Notes under the pieces: model-generated | The model's database searches: none | What the model was told of the DNA's origin: nothing | Seen by the model: the letters and a program-made list of their open reading frames with translations, nothing else | Shown here: positions 36,802-49,025 of the stretch, piece by piece | Numbering within the stretch: the first letter of the stretch is position 1 | Layout of the letters: each line of letters starts with the position of its first letter | Assembly (NCBI GenBank): GCA_040766535.1 | Contig: JAXGQG010000010.1 | Span: forward strand, 2,491 to 66,490 | Direction of reading: 5' to 3' | Length of the DNA stretch: 64,000 nt | Source: Dehalococcoidia bacterium | Lineage (GTDB): Bacteria; Chloroflexota; Dehalococcoidia; GIF9; AB-539-J10 | Translations under genes and position numbers: made by a program

Positions 36802-37800
36802 ATGCCTGTCGCTGAGTGGCTGCGCAGCTTCATAAGCGCGGCCCGATGCGCCTTCTCATCACGTACTGCAATGGATTCAGCACGCGAACTAGCCAGGTAC
36901 ACGCCTGACGCGCCAACACTCCTCACTCTCGGGGTTTTCGATGGAGTGCATGCAGGACATCTTTCTCTCGTTCGGACGCTCCAGCAGAAGGCGGTAGAGC
37001 GCGAACTCCTTCCCGGGGTGGTCACCTTCTCACCACATCCAGCGGAGGTCATCCGCCCCGGCGAGCAAGTGCCACTGCTCATGAGCGTGGAGGAACGCGT
37101 TCAGTTCATCAGAGACCTCGGCATATCTCTCGTGGTGCCAATGACGTTCACACGGGAACTGAGCTGCCACACACCGGAACGCTTCGTCCGGCTCCTTATC
37201 GAACACCTCCGCATGAAGGGGCTCATACTGGGTCCTGACTTCAGCCTTGGACGTGACCGCGAGGGAACGTGCGCCACGCTGGAGGCACTGGGCACGCGTC
37301 TCGGTTTCACGGTGGAAAGCGTACCGCCGTTCACGATGGATGGGCAGGTAGTGAGCAGCACCGCCATCAGGAGGGCCCTGGCAACAGGCGACGTGGTAGC
37401 GGCCAGGCGAATGCTGGGACGCCCGTACACTTTCACCGGTCCGATAACTACCACGAGCCGGCGAGGCGCTGCGCTCCTGGGCGTTCCGACAGCCAATCTT
37501 GAGGTCACCCTCGGACGCGCGTTGCCCCGCAACGGGGTTTATGCTACCATCGCCAGAATCCCGAACGGTCAGTTCGACTCCGTAACGAACATCGGCCACC
37601 GCCCGACATTTGGCCACGGCGAACGAGTCGTGGAAACCCACATACTCGATTTCGACGGGCACATCTATGGGGCTACGATGACCGTCGAGTTCATCTCCAG
37701 GATCAGGGATGAGGCCACTTTTCCGGATCCCGGTGCACTGGCAGTCCAGATAGAACGCGACGTAGAAGCCGCACGCAGAATTCTCCGGGAGCATGTATGA
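36802..37800 (+). CDS. ribF: bifunctional riboflavin kinase / FAD synthetase
   Basis: LTLGVFDGVHAGH, a C-terminal riboflavin kinase domain (GVYATIARIPNGQ...VTNIGHRPTF, VEFISRIRDE). The start is either ATG 36802 (5 nt after a TAGGCT -10 box, so possibly leaderless) or ATG 36871. Confidence 0.9.
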   Translation: MPVAEWLRSFISAARCAFSSRTAMDSARELARYTPDAPTLLTLGVFDGVHAGHLSLVRTLQQKAVERELLPGVVTFSPHPAEVIRPGEQVPLLMSVEERVQFIRDLGISLVVPMTFTRELSCHTPERFVRLLIEHLRMKGLILGPDFSLGRDREGTCATLEALGTRLGFTVESVPPFTMDGQVVSSTAIRRALATGDVVAARRMLGRPYTFTGPITTTSRRGAALLGVPTANLEVTLGRALPRNGVYATIARIPNGQFDSVTNIGHRPTFGHGERVVETHILDFDGHIYGATMTVEFISRIRDEATFPDPGALAVQIERDVEAARRILREHV

Positions 37801-39041
37801 GCGATAGTGCAAAGGTAACCCTACTCCGCGATATCCCCAGAGCCAGACAGGACTTCCTGCTGCGGCGCGGCGTCGCAGAGATCATCCCTGAAGCGGAGTT
37901 CATCTCTCTGCTCAACAGCGGCACTCCGGCACGCCTGAAGGAAGGATTCGACCCCAGTTCGCCGGACATACACCTCGGGCACGTCGTCGGACTGCGCAAG
38001 CTGCGTCAGTTGCAGGACCTGGGCCACAAGGTCATCCTGATAGTCGGCAACTGGACGGCTCGCATCGGCGATCCGAGCGGCCAGTCTGCCACGCGGCCCA
38101 TGTTGACCGAGGAACAGATCGAACACAACGCCAAGACATACATGGACCAGTTCTTCAAGGTGGTGGACAGAGACCGCACCGAGGTACGCTGGCAGACCGA
38201 GTGGTTCTCGAAGTTCACGCTGGACACGGTTATCCGCCTGACCGCGCGCTTCACGGTCGCTCAGATTCTGGCACGCGAGGATTTCAGTAAACGCTACAGC
38301 TCGGGCAGTCCAATATCTCTCTGCGAGACGCTCTATCCCCTGCTTCAGGCGTACGACTCGTACGCCATCGACTCCGATGTGGAGTTCGGCGGGACGGATC
38401 AGAAGTTCAACTGCTTGCTGGGGCGTGAGCTGCAGCAGATGCTCGGGCAGAACCCCCAACAGGTGTTCTTCACTCCCATTCTGGTGGGCACCGATGGTAA
38501 GAGCAAGATGAGCAAGAGCCTCGGCAATTACATCGGCGTTGCCGAGCCCCCCGAGCAGATGTACGGCAAAGTTATGTCACTTGATGACAGCCTCATTCTC
38601 GACTACTTCGAGCTTGTCACCGACATCCCGGACGAAGAGCTGGCTGAGAAGAGGGCCGACTTTGCCGCCGGCAGGGCCAATCCCATGAACGAGAAGAAGA
38701 GCCTTGCCAGGGAGATCGTCTCGCAGTTCCACGGGAAAGAGGCGGCCGAGGCGGCCGACCAGCACTTCACAAGAGTACATCAGCAGCATGAGGTGCCGGA
38801 GGAGATGCCCGAGGTCTCCGTGGAAGGCGTCGCCGAGGGTCAGGGTGAGGTTCGAATCGACCTTTCACGACCCCTTGTCGCCGGCGGATTCGTCAAGAGC
38901 GCGAGCGAACTGAAGCGTCTCGTTGCCCAGAACGCCGTCGAGGTCGACGGCAGCAAGGTGGACGAGCTGAACGTACTGGTCCACGATGGTTCAGTTGTCA
39001 AAGTCGGCAGGCGTACATTCGTGCGCATCCGGGTGAAGTGA
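37797..39041 (+). CDS. tyrS: tyrosyl-tRNA synthetase
   Basis: Class I HIGH (PDIHLGH) and KMSKS motifs, with a C-terminal S4 domain. The ATG overlaps the ribF stop (ATGA). Confidence 0.93.
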   Translation: MSDSAKVTLLRDIPRARQDFLLRRGVAEIIPEAEFISLLNSGTPARLKEGFDPSSPDIHLGHVVGLRKLRQLQDLGHKVILIVGNWTARIGDPSGQSATRPMLTEEQIEHNAKTYMDQFFKVVDRDRTEVRWQTEWFSKFTLDTVIRLTARFTVAQILAREDFSKRYSSGSPISLCETLYPLLQAYDSYAIDSDVEFGGTDQKFNCLLGRELQQMLGQNPQQVFFTPILVGTDGKSKMSKSLGNYIGVAEPPEQMYGKVMSLDDSLILDYFELVTDIPDEELAEKRADFAAGRANPMNEKKSLAREIVSQFHGKEAAEAADQHFTRVHQQHEVPEEMPEVSVEGVAEGQGEVRIDLSRPLVAGGFVKSASELKRLVAQNAVEVDGSKVDELNVLVHDGSVVKVGRRTFVRIRVK

Positions 39042-39098
39042 GAGCCCTGTGGCGCTAGAATTAGGGCGTGTTCTCACGTGCGTAGCGAGGGGGTGAAC

Positions 39099-40661
<1,563 letters not shown>

Positions 40662-40674
40662 GCGTGCGCGCTTC

Positions 40675-41979
40675 TCAGTCGAGGTCGTAGGCAACGAGCC
40701 CGGTCGGCGCCTTCGGGTAAAAGTACGTCGACTTCCGTGGCATACGTTCCATCTGGTCGGAGATCTTCTTGACCAGTCGTGGATGAGCGGGGGCAAGCAG
40801 AAAGGCCATCTGCGCCTCGCCGGATTGCACACTGCGTACAACCGCATCGAGATCGGGACTGTAGCTCACTCCCTCTCCGTCAGGGTTGATGCCCAGTGCT
40901 CTCGCCATGACCACGTGGTTGAGGATGCTGACATTGAACGTCCGGTACTCCGAAGAGTGCTCGCCGGGTACAAACGACCCGAGATCCAGTCCTGGCCTCG
41001 GCCTCAGTTCCGCCACGAGTCCGTCACGCAGCCCCACCACGGCCATCAACGCCATCTCTCCCACCGGGGCGCTACGTGCCAGCGCCGTCTCGATCGGTAC
41101 GAAATCGAGCGTGAAGTACTCCGAGAGCTTCTCCTCGATGTGCGCCAGTTCGGGCAAGCTGAATCCTCGTAGCACACGGTACACTGGGGATATGAAGAGA
41201 CCTGGATCATGGAACGCCACCAGGGTCATCGGGATGTAGTCATACGCGCGAATGCCACCTCCGCTCCCAGCCTCGGCTGCTCTGCGCTCAGCCTGATAGA
41301 CGAGCCCCGTCTCATAGCGATGGTGTCCGTCCGCGATGTAGATGGACTCACGCTCAAGCGCCTCTGAGATACTGGTCAGCGCCTGACTGTCGCGCACTGC
41401 CCAGAAGCGATGCTCATCGATCTCTTCTCTGACCTCGATCGGAGCGGCGCTCTTCACCGTCGCGTCGATCAGCGCAGCGATCTCACTGTCGGCATCCTCG
41501 TACAGGCCGAGCGGATAGCTGAAACTTGTCCGGCACGCACGCATCAGCTCAAGGCGGTCCTGTTTGGCCTTGGTGCCGGTGAGCTCGTGCGGATACACTC
41601 CCTGATACCAGGGCCGCAGCAACACCGCGGCGATCAGCCCCCGCCGCACATGGCTCTTCCCACGGAACACAAACGAGTGGTCATGCACATACATGGCCGG
41701 ACTGGCCTCAGGGACGAGTATTCCAGCATCGCGCCACCGCTTGTACGTGCGTCCCGCCGTCTCATACCGCACCGTCTCATCAACGTCGCCGTCTCCAGGA
41801 AGCGGATGCTCGAGCCGGATCATGTTGTACCGGCTCTTCAGGTAGAGCAGACGCTGCTCCTCAACGCTGATGATGTCGTACGGAGGGCAGAGTAGCGGCG
41901 CAAGGTCGCCGGCACGGTCCGGGTTGTAACGGATCCCCGCAAACGGCTTCACGCTCGGGGCGCGATGACTTTGTGGCAT
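40675..41979 (-). CDS. DUF1015 family protein
   Basis: VKPFAGIRYNP...PPYDIIS and YIADGHHRY are typical of DUF1015. ATG at 41979 is preceded by AGGTG. Confidence 0.85.
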   Translation of the reverse strand: MPQSHRAPSVKPFAGIRYNPDRAGDLAPLLCPPYDIISVEEQRLLYLKSRYNMIRLEHPLPGDGDVDETVRYETAGRTYKRWRDAGILVPEASPAMYVHDHSFVFRGKSHVRRGLIAAVLLRPWYQGVYPHELTGTKAKQDRLELMRACRTSFSYPLGLYEDADSEIAALIDATVKSAAPIEVREEIDEHRFWAVRDSQALTSISEALERESIYIADGHHRYETGLVYQAERRAAEAGSGGGIRAYDYIPMTLVAFHDPGLFISPVYRVLRGFSLPELAHIEEKLSEYFTLDFVPIETALARSAPVGEMALMAVVGLRDGLVAELRPRPGLDLGSFVPGEHSSEYRTFNVSILNHVVMARALGINPDGEGVSYSPDLDAVVRSVQSGEAQMAFLLAPAHPRLVKKISDQMERMPRKSTYFYPKAPTGLVAYDLD

Positions 41980-42061
41980 GGCAACACCTGTCGATACGAG
42001 AATCGTGGCGATGTGAACCGGGAGGCAGTACTTGCAGGGTGTCGCCACCCTGCCAGGCGCA

Positions 42062-42514
42062 TCACGCTGCCGACAGCAGGGCTGTGACGACTTCGTTCAC
42101 ATCCTTGCCCTCGGCCTTGCCTCTGACAAGCGGCATGAGATGAGCCATCACCTTACCCTTGTCCCTCAAGCTCGTCGCGCCAACCGCCGCAACGGCCTCG
42201 CGCGCGATCGCAACGAGTTCGTCGCGGCTCATCTGGGCGGGGAGGTACTCCTTGATAATGGCGAGAGCAGCCTCTTGCTCCTGGACGAGGTCAGGCCGAT
42301 TGCCGGCACGGAACGCGTCGATACTCTCGTTCCGCCGCCGAGCCTCGCGAGACAACACCTCTACGGTCTCGTCCTCGGTCAGGGGGGCGTGCATCCGCGC
42401 CTTCTCCTCGTTTCTGCACTCAGCGAGGAGGACACGAACGATGAGAAGCCTGCAAGCATCCTGTTGCCTGAGAGCAAGCTTCAGGTCTTCTCGGAGTTTA
42501 TCCTGCAGGCCCAT
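42062..42514 (-). CDS. yqeY: GatB/YqeY domain protein
   Basis: MGLQDKLREDLKLALRQQD...RRRNESIDAFRAGNRPDLV. Confidence 0.88.
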   Translation of the reverse strand: MGLQDKLREDLKLALRQQDACRLLIVRVLLAECRNEEKARMHAPLTEDETVEVLSREARRRNESIDAFRAGNRPDLVQEQEAALAIIKEYLPAQMSRDELVAIAREAVAAVGATSLRDKGKVMAHLMPLVRGKAEGKDVNEVVTALLSAA

Positions 42515-42522
42515 GGCACAAG

Positions 42523-42699
42523 CTAGCGCGAACTCTTGCGCTTCTTGACCGCTTCCTTCTTCTTTCTGATAGCGCTGGGCTTCTCGTAGAATCTGCGCCT
42601 TCGCACCTCAGCAAGAATCCTGTCGGTCTCCACCTGCTTGCCGAATCGGCGCAGCATGCTTTCGAAACTTTCGCCGGAACCCAATCTTACGTTTGCCAT
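42523..42699 (-). CDS. rpsU: 30S ribosomal protein S21
   Basis: MANVRLGSGESFESMLRRFGKQV...FYEKPSAIRKKK. ATG at 42699. Confidence 0.9.
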   Translation of the reverse strand: MANVRLGSGESFESMLRRFGKQVETDRILAEVRRRRFYEKPSAIRKKKEAVKKRKSSR

Positions 42700-42711
42700 A
42701 GTGTGACGCAC

Positions 42712-42741
42712 ATTGTACTCGTACGCGCGCACTCATGTCAA
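42712..42741 (-). promoter_or_regulatory. sigma-70-type promoter of rpsU-yqeY
   Basis: Minus strand: TTGACA (42741..42736), 18-nt spacer, TACAAT (42717..42712). Only 12 nt separate the -10 box from the ATG. Confidence 0.7.
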
Positions 42742-42793
42742 CATGAATACGCTGCCGAGGAACTACACGCCGTGGGACGCCGCTCGAACACGC

Positions 42794-43543
42794 CTACATG
42801 CCACCATCGATGCCGATAACCTGCCCTGTGACATAGGAAGCCCGGTCGCTGGCGAGAAACGCGACAACCTCCGCGACTTCTTCCGGCTCGCCGGGGCGGC
42901 GAAGGGCAATCAACTCAACAAACTTGTTCTTGACCTCATCTGGCAGGACATCGGTCATCTGCGTCCGTATGTAGCCCGGTGCAACCGCATTGACGGTTAT
43001 GCCTCGTGAACCAACCTCTTTTGCCAGGCTCTTGCTGAAGGCGATGATGCCGCCCTTAGACGCCGAGTAGTTCGTCTGGCCTGGGTTACCGATCACGCCC
43101 GCGATGGAGGACAGGCTGACGATCCTGCCCCAGCCCCCACGCATCATCGGTTTCAGTGCGTGTTTCGAGCAGAGGAACGTGCCCCGCAGATTGATATCGA
43201 GCACGTCATCCCACGCCTGTTCAGACAGGCGCAACAGCAGTGTGTCCCTGGTGATGCCCGCATTGTTGATGAGAATATCCAGTCTGCCCCACCTCTCCAC
43301 TACCGCATCAATCATGCGCTTGACCGCCTCACCATCGCGCACATCCGCCTCGACAGCAAACGCCTCCGTCTTACTCTCGGCCAGCGCAGCAACCACTTCC
43401 CCTGCGTCGATTGCGTTTCGCGGGTCGACCGCCACGTAGTTGACGGCCACCTTCGCCCCCATGCTGCCCAGCTTGAGCGCGATGGCTCTGCCCATGCCGC
43501 GGGACCCGCCCGTCACCAGGGCGACTCTGCCTTCGAGTTCCAT
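42794..43543 (-). CDS. fabG: 3-oxoacyl-ACP reductase
   Basis: [31 protein letters not shown] at 43543 is preceded by GGAGGAATA. Confidence 0.92.
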   Translation of the reverse strand: MELEGRVALVTGGSRGMGRAIALKLGSMGAKVAVNYVAVDPRNAIDAGEVVAALAESKTEAFAVEADVRDGEAVKRMIDAVVERWGRLDILINNAGITRDTLLLRLSEQAWDDVLDINLRGTFLCSKHALKPMMRGGWGRIVSLSSIAGVIGNPGQTNYSASKGGIIAFSKSLAKEVGSRGITVNAVAPGYIRTQMTDVLPDEVKNKFVELIALRRPGEPEEVAEVVAFLASDRASYVTGQVIGIDGGM

Positions 43544-43591
43544 TATTCCTCCGAACCCGGCCACTGCGGGCCGATGGTCAACGTCTGTTTG

Positions 43592-44823
43592 TCAGCCTCG
43601 AAACTTCCGGAACACCAGGCAGCAGTTCTCGCCCCCCAGACCGAAGCTGCTGGTCAGACACGCATCCACGGTGGCCTTGCGAGCGGTGTTCGGAACGTAA
43701 TCCAGATCACACTCGGGATCAGGCGTCCTGTAGTTGATGGTCGGATGAATCACATCCGTCAGCACCGTCATGATGCACGCGACCGACTCGATGGCGCCGG
43801 ATGCCGTGATGGCATGGCCAACCATCGACTTGGTGGAGCTGATAGCCAGCTTGCGCGCATGATCACCAAATGCAAGCTTCAGTGCCTGCGTCTCCGTCGG
43901 GTCATTCAGCCGCGTGCTTGTACCATGGGCATTGACGTAGGAGATGCCCTCAGGTGCAATGCCGGCACGGCTGAGAGCCAGATTCATCGCGTAGGCCTCA
44001 GGCTCCGGCGCCGGCGCCGTCTGATCGAACGCATCAAACGTCCATCCGGCACCCGCCAGCTCGGCGAGTATGGTGGCGCCACGTGCTCTGGCATGCTCAA
44101 GCGACTCGAGGACGACCATGCCCGCGCCCTCACCGAATACGAAGCCGCTCCGCTCGGCGTCGAACGGGCGGCACGCGATAGCCGGATCAGGCTCACGCGT
44201 CACGGCGCCGAGGATGTCCAGGCCGGCGATGCCAAGAGGCGACAGACAGGAATCAGTTCCTCCGGCAATCATCACATCGGCGTACCCGAGCTTGATGAAG
44301 TTCAGCGCCGTACCGATGGCGTCTGTACCCGATGCGCACAGGCTGTTGGGACTGCTGTTGGGGCCGCGCGCCTGGAAGTTCATGCCGATCTGCATTGATG
44401 GCGCGCTCGGGCCGGAGCGGGCCACAAACAACGGGTCCACGCGCCGCGGACCTCGCCGCTCCAGTATCCCGGCCTGCTTCACGATGTAGTCGCTTTCAGA
44501 CATGCAGGCGACGCTCACGCCAACGCGTTCCCGGACCTCACGCGCCATATCAATTCCCGCCTGAGACATCGCCTCGTTCGCAGCGGCAAGGCCGAAGTGC
44601 ACCGCCCTCGGATTGCGGTCTGCAACCTTGGGATCCATGTGCTCATAGGCGTCGAACCCCTTCACCTCGCCCGCCACCTTCACGTAGAAGTTGGTGGCGT
44701 CGAAGCGCGTGATGGGGCCGATGCCGGACTTTCCGGCGGTGGCGTTCTTCCAGAATTCATCCACGGTGAGTCCCAGAGGATTAACCGTACCGATACCCGT
44801 GACCACTACGCGGGGCTCACTCA

Positions 44824-44824
<1 letters not shown>
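43592..44824 (-). CDS. fabF: 3-oxoacyl-ACP synthase II
   Basis: [13 protein letters not shown], active site [24 protein letters not shown]. The ATG at 44824 overlaps the fabL stop. Confidence 0.94.
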
Positions 44825-45851
<1,027 letters not shown>

Positions 45852-45867
45852 TGTTCCTAGATCCTCC

Positions 45868-46893
45868 TTACTGCAACTTGCCTTGCTGTTTCAACAGCGC
45901 AATCTCCCGTTTGAGACTGCCAACGATATCCGCCTTGACCGCCTTTCGAGCCGCGTTTATGCCGTGATGAATGTGCTCGGCCTTGCACGCGCCATGGGCG
46001 ATCCTCACAACTCCATCAACTCCCCACAGAATGCCACTCCCCTCCTCTTCACCTTCGTACGAGAGCTTCTTGATAGGGAGAACCCGGTCGAACATGTACC
46101 CCACCAGCCCTTTCACACTCGGATGCTTGGCCATCAACCACACCTTCGCCCGGTCTCCGATGCTTTCATAGAACTTGAGAACAACGTTCCCAACGAAGCC
46201 GTCGCAGACGATGACGTTCGCCTTGCCAGTCAGAATATCATTGCCCTCAACATTCCCGATGAAGTTCAGCCCACTGTTCTTCAGCAGCGGGAAGGTCTCT
46301 TTGACCAGATCGTTTCCCTTACCTTCCTCACTTCCCGTGCTCAGCACTCCCACAGTCGGGTTCTCGATCCCGTAGATGGAGCGCGCATACACCGTACCCG
46401 CCACGGCAAACGAGACCAACTGGTGTGGCTTGCAGTCGACATTGGCGCCGAGGTCCATGACGACTATGTTCGGTGCGAAACTGCTGAATCCACCCCCGAT
46501 CGTCGGCCGCTCCATCCCCGGAACCATGCCCAGGTACGTAGCAGCGGCAGCAGCCACCGCGCCGGAAGAACCCGCACTCACGAAGGCGTCAACCTCACCG
46601 CTCTTGATCAGCTTGACGCCAACCACGATAGACGACTGACGCTTCTGCCGGATCGCCACCGCCGGCGCCTCGCCTTCGCGGATCACATCCGCGGCGTTGA
46701 CCAGGCGCATCAGTTCTAGGGGCACTCCCTGCTTCTGCAGTTCCTCGATGACCAGGTCCTCACGTCCCACCAGGACGACATCAGCCTCGCCTGCTCGAGC
46801 GGCAGCCGCAGCACCTTTCACTGTCTCGCTGGGGGCGAAATCACCCCCCATGGCGTCAACAGCCACTCTCACTCTGCCAGACGACTGTGACAT
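45868..46893 (-). CDS. plsX: phosphate acyltransferase PlsX
   Basis: VAVDAMGGDFAP, VSAGSSGA, CDGFVGNV. Confidence 0.94.
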   Translation of the reverse strand: MSQSSGRVRVAVDAMGGDFAPSETVKGAAAAARAGEADVVLVGREDLVIEELQKQGVPLELMRLVNAADVIREGEAPAVAIRQKRQSSIVVGVKLIKSGEVDAFVSAGSSGAVAAAAATYLGMVPGMERPTIGGGFSSFAPNIVVMDLGANVDCKPHQLVSFAVAGTVYARSIYGIENPTVGVLSTGSEEGKGNDLVKETFPLLKNSGLNFIGNVEGNDILTGKANVIVCDGFVGNVVLKFYESIGDRAKVWLMAKHPSVKGLVGYMFDRVLPIKKLSYEGEEEGSGILWGVDGVVRIAHGACKAEHIHHGINAARKAVKADIVGSLKREIALLKQQGKLQ

Positions 46894-46967
46894 ATGCTAC
46901 TCCTCGCCTATCGACACCAGTGAACGTATCACGAATACGAACGCCAGTACTTCCCGGTGCCACACTG

Positions 46968-47387
46968 TTACGACGAGGCGGGTACTCTCACGCGGGCCTC
47001 ACCTGTCACCACGGCCTCGCCGGACTGGTTGCGACACCTCAGCGCACAAGTGGCAAATACTATATCACCTTCAGATTGGAGCGATTCAATTTCGCCAGAC
47101 ACGGTGACCGTATCGCCGGGGCGCACGGGGCTCCGAAACTTCACCGAGAGTCGTCCGGACTCGTCCCACGAGGTCCCAAAAGCCCGCGCCATCATCTCGG
47201 AGACGAACGCGAGCACGAGCATACCATGTGCGATGGTGCCCTTCAGTGGAGTGGCGGCCGCAAATGCCTCGTCGATGTGTATGGGGTTGTAATCGCCCGA
47301 GGCGTCCGCGTACCGGTGGATGTCAGATTGCCTGACCGTCTTCACGAACTCGGGAAGAGCCGAGCCTTCTCTCACCATGAACGTCAC
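46968..47387 (-). CDS. MaoC-like hotdog dehydratase, catalytic subunit
   Basis: Hydratase-2 motif YADASGDYNPIHIDEAFAAA (catalytic D and H). 139 aa. Confidence 0.8.
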   Translation of the reverse strand: MTFMVREGSALPEFVKTVRQSDIHRYADASGDYNPIHIDEAFAAATPLKGTIAHGMLVLAFVSEMMARAFGTSWDESGRLSVKFRSPVRPGDTVTVSGEIESLQSEGDIVFATCALRCRNQSGEAVVTGEARVRVPASS

Positions 47388-47390
47388 AGT

Positions 47391-47774
47391 CTATGCCTCC
47401 GGCAGCACGATGGTGGAGCGTCCCAGTTGGACCGGCGCACCCGATTCGTCGCTGATGTTCATCTCCAGCGTGAGCATCCGCATCGGGCCCCTTGACAGCT
47501 TCCGCACCACGCGCGCCACGCACACCACGCGGGCTCCGACCGGAACAAGCCGATGGAATTCGAACTCCTGCGCCGCATGGATGGTCCCGGCGGGAAAAGC
47601 AACCAGACTTCCCAGGGACGCGATGGCGCGGGCGGCGACCGCCAGCGGCGGGACATGCGGCCGTTCGCCGGCGCCCACCGCCTGGACGTATGCTGCCACA
47701 ACATCGGACTCCAGGACGTAGTCCACCGGAGGGAACTCATGACCGGGGTTCAATTCATCATATGAGGCGGGCAA
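47391..47774 (-). CDS. MaoC N-terminal-like hotdog protein lacking the hydratase motif (probable non-catalytic partner)
   Basis: 127-aa hotdog-size ORF ending 3 nt upstream of the catalytic hotdog gene. TTG start preceded by GGTGGTGA. No D-x-N-P-x-H motif. Confidence 0.65.
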   Translation of the reverse strand: MPASYDELNPGHEFPPVDYVLESDVVAAYVQAVGAGERPHVPPLAVAARAIASLGSLVAFPAGTIHAAQEFEFHRLVPVGARVVCVARVVRKLSRGPMRMLTLEMNISDESGAPVQLGRSTIVLPEA

Positions 47775-47943
47775 GTAATCACCACCTGTCTACCGGAACC
47801 GGCACGGCAAGGGCGCCATACGAAATGCCGGGGTCCGTACGTTCAAGGTATGATGCCATCGCCCTCCTATCGTGTCAATAGACACTTGAATCACGCTCCC
47901 TGCGCGAATACCATAGTGAACCCTGCTGCGGGAGTGTCCATCA

Positions 47944-48387
47944 GTGGATGTGCTAAGAGAGCTGCTCGGCAACAAGATGATCATCACTCCCGCTCTAGCC
48001 TGGGTGGCGGCGCAGTTCTCAAAGACCGTCATTGACAGTCTCAGGCGGCATCGTGTGAACCCGCGTCTGTTGGTGGGCTCCGGCGGGATGCCTAGCGCAC
48101 ACTCCGCCTTCGCCTGCGGGCTATCGACCGCAGTCTGGTTCACGCAGGGCGCCGGATCGGCGGCCTTCGCCATCTCCGCTGCCTTCGCAGCCGTTGTGAT
48201 GTATGATGCCGCCGGTGTGAGGCAGGCCGTCGACAGACAATCCGAGATTCTCACCCACATCCTGACACATGTTCCACGAACGCATGACGATTTCGACCGT
48301 TTTCTCGAAGGGCTTGTCGGCCACACGCGTCTCCAGGTTCTGGCTGGCGCACTGCTCGGCATAGCCGTGGGGGCGTTGCTGCACTGA
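47944..48387 (+). CDS. DUF212 (YuiD-like, divergent PAP2) membrane protein
   Basis: GGMPSAHSAFACGLSTAV, VMYDAAGVR, VGHTRLQVLAGALLG. Confidence 0.8.
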   Translation: MDVLRELLGNKMIITPALAWVAAQFSKTVIDSLRRHRVNPRLLVGSGGMPSAHSAFACGLSTAVWFTQGAGSAAFAISAAFAAVVMYDAAGVRQAVDRQSEILTHILTHVPRTHDDFDRFLEGLVGHTRLQVLAGALLGIAVGALLH

Positions 48388-48404
48388 TCCCGCGTACGCC
48401 TCCT

Positions 48405-48434
48405 TTGGCGTGTGGTGCGTCCTCAGTCTATAAT
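48405..48434 (+). promoter_or_regulatory. sigma-70-type promoter placing the TSS on the rhomboid ATG
   Basis: TTGGCG (48405..48410), 18-nt spacer, TATAAT (48429..48434), then 6 nt and the ATG at 48441. Confidence 0.6.
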
Positions 48435-48440
48435 CACCGA

Positions 48441-49013
48441 ATGCAACGTTCTTCTCCGGTCAACATGAACGCGATCGCGTTCCTCATTGCACTCAACGTC
48501 ATGGTGTTCGTCTTCCAGGTGCTGCGGCCGGGACTGGGAGCGCAACTCTCTCTCTCCTGGTTCACTTTCCAAGAACAACCGTGGCGACTGGTGACATCCA
48601 TGTTCGCCCACGGCGGCTTCTATCATCTGCTGTTCAACATGATCAGCCTGTACTTCCTCGGCGGCTTCTTCCTCCGGCTGGTGGGCGAAGGAGCACTGCT
48701 GAGAGTCTACTTCATCGGCGGCGCGATAGCCGGCCTCGCCTTCATCGTGATGGCGCCCTACAGCTCTGCCGTCGGCGCTTCCGGCGCGGTGTTCGCCATC
48801 GGAGGAGCCCTGGCGATCATGGCTCCAAGGCTCCCGGTGCTGGTCTTCCCTCTGCCCGTGCCGGTCCCGCTCTGGGGCGCCATGGTCTTCTTCCTGCTCT
48901 TCGGATTCCTCATCTCGGGCATCGCCTGGCAGGCCCATCTCGGAGGCTTCCTCTTCGGTTTGGCGGCCGGGTACTACTACAAGCGCCGCGGACGAAGGCC
49001 GATCTTCTACTGA
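48441..49013 (+). CDS. rhomboid family intramembrane serine protease
   Basis: FAHGGFYHLLFNM, catalytic GASGAVFAIGG, AHLGGFLFG. Confidence 0.88.
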   Translation: MQRSSPVNMNAIAFLIALNVMVFVFQVLRPGLGAQLSLSWFTFQEQPWRLVTSMFAHGGFYHLLFNMISLYFLGGFFLRLVGEGALLRVYFIGGAIAGLAFIVMAPYSSAVGASGAVFAIGGALAIMAPRLPVLVFPLPVPVPLWGAMVFFLLFGFLISGIAWQAHLGGFLFGLAAGYYYKRRGRRPIFY

Positions 49014-49025
49014 CACAGAGAAACG

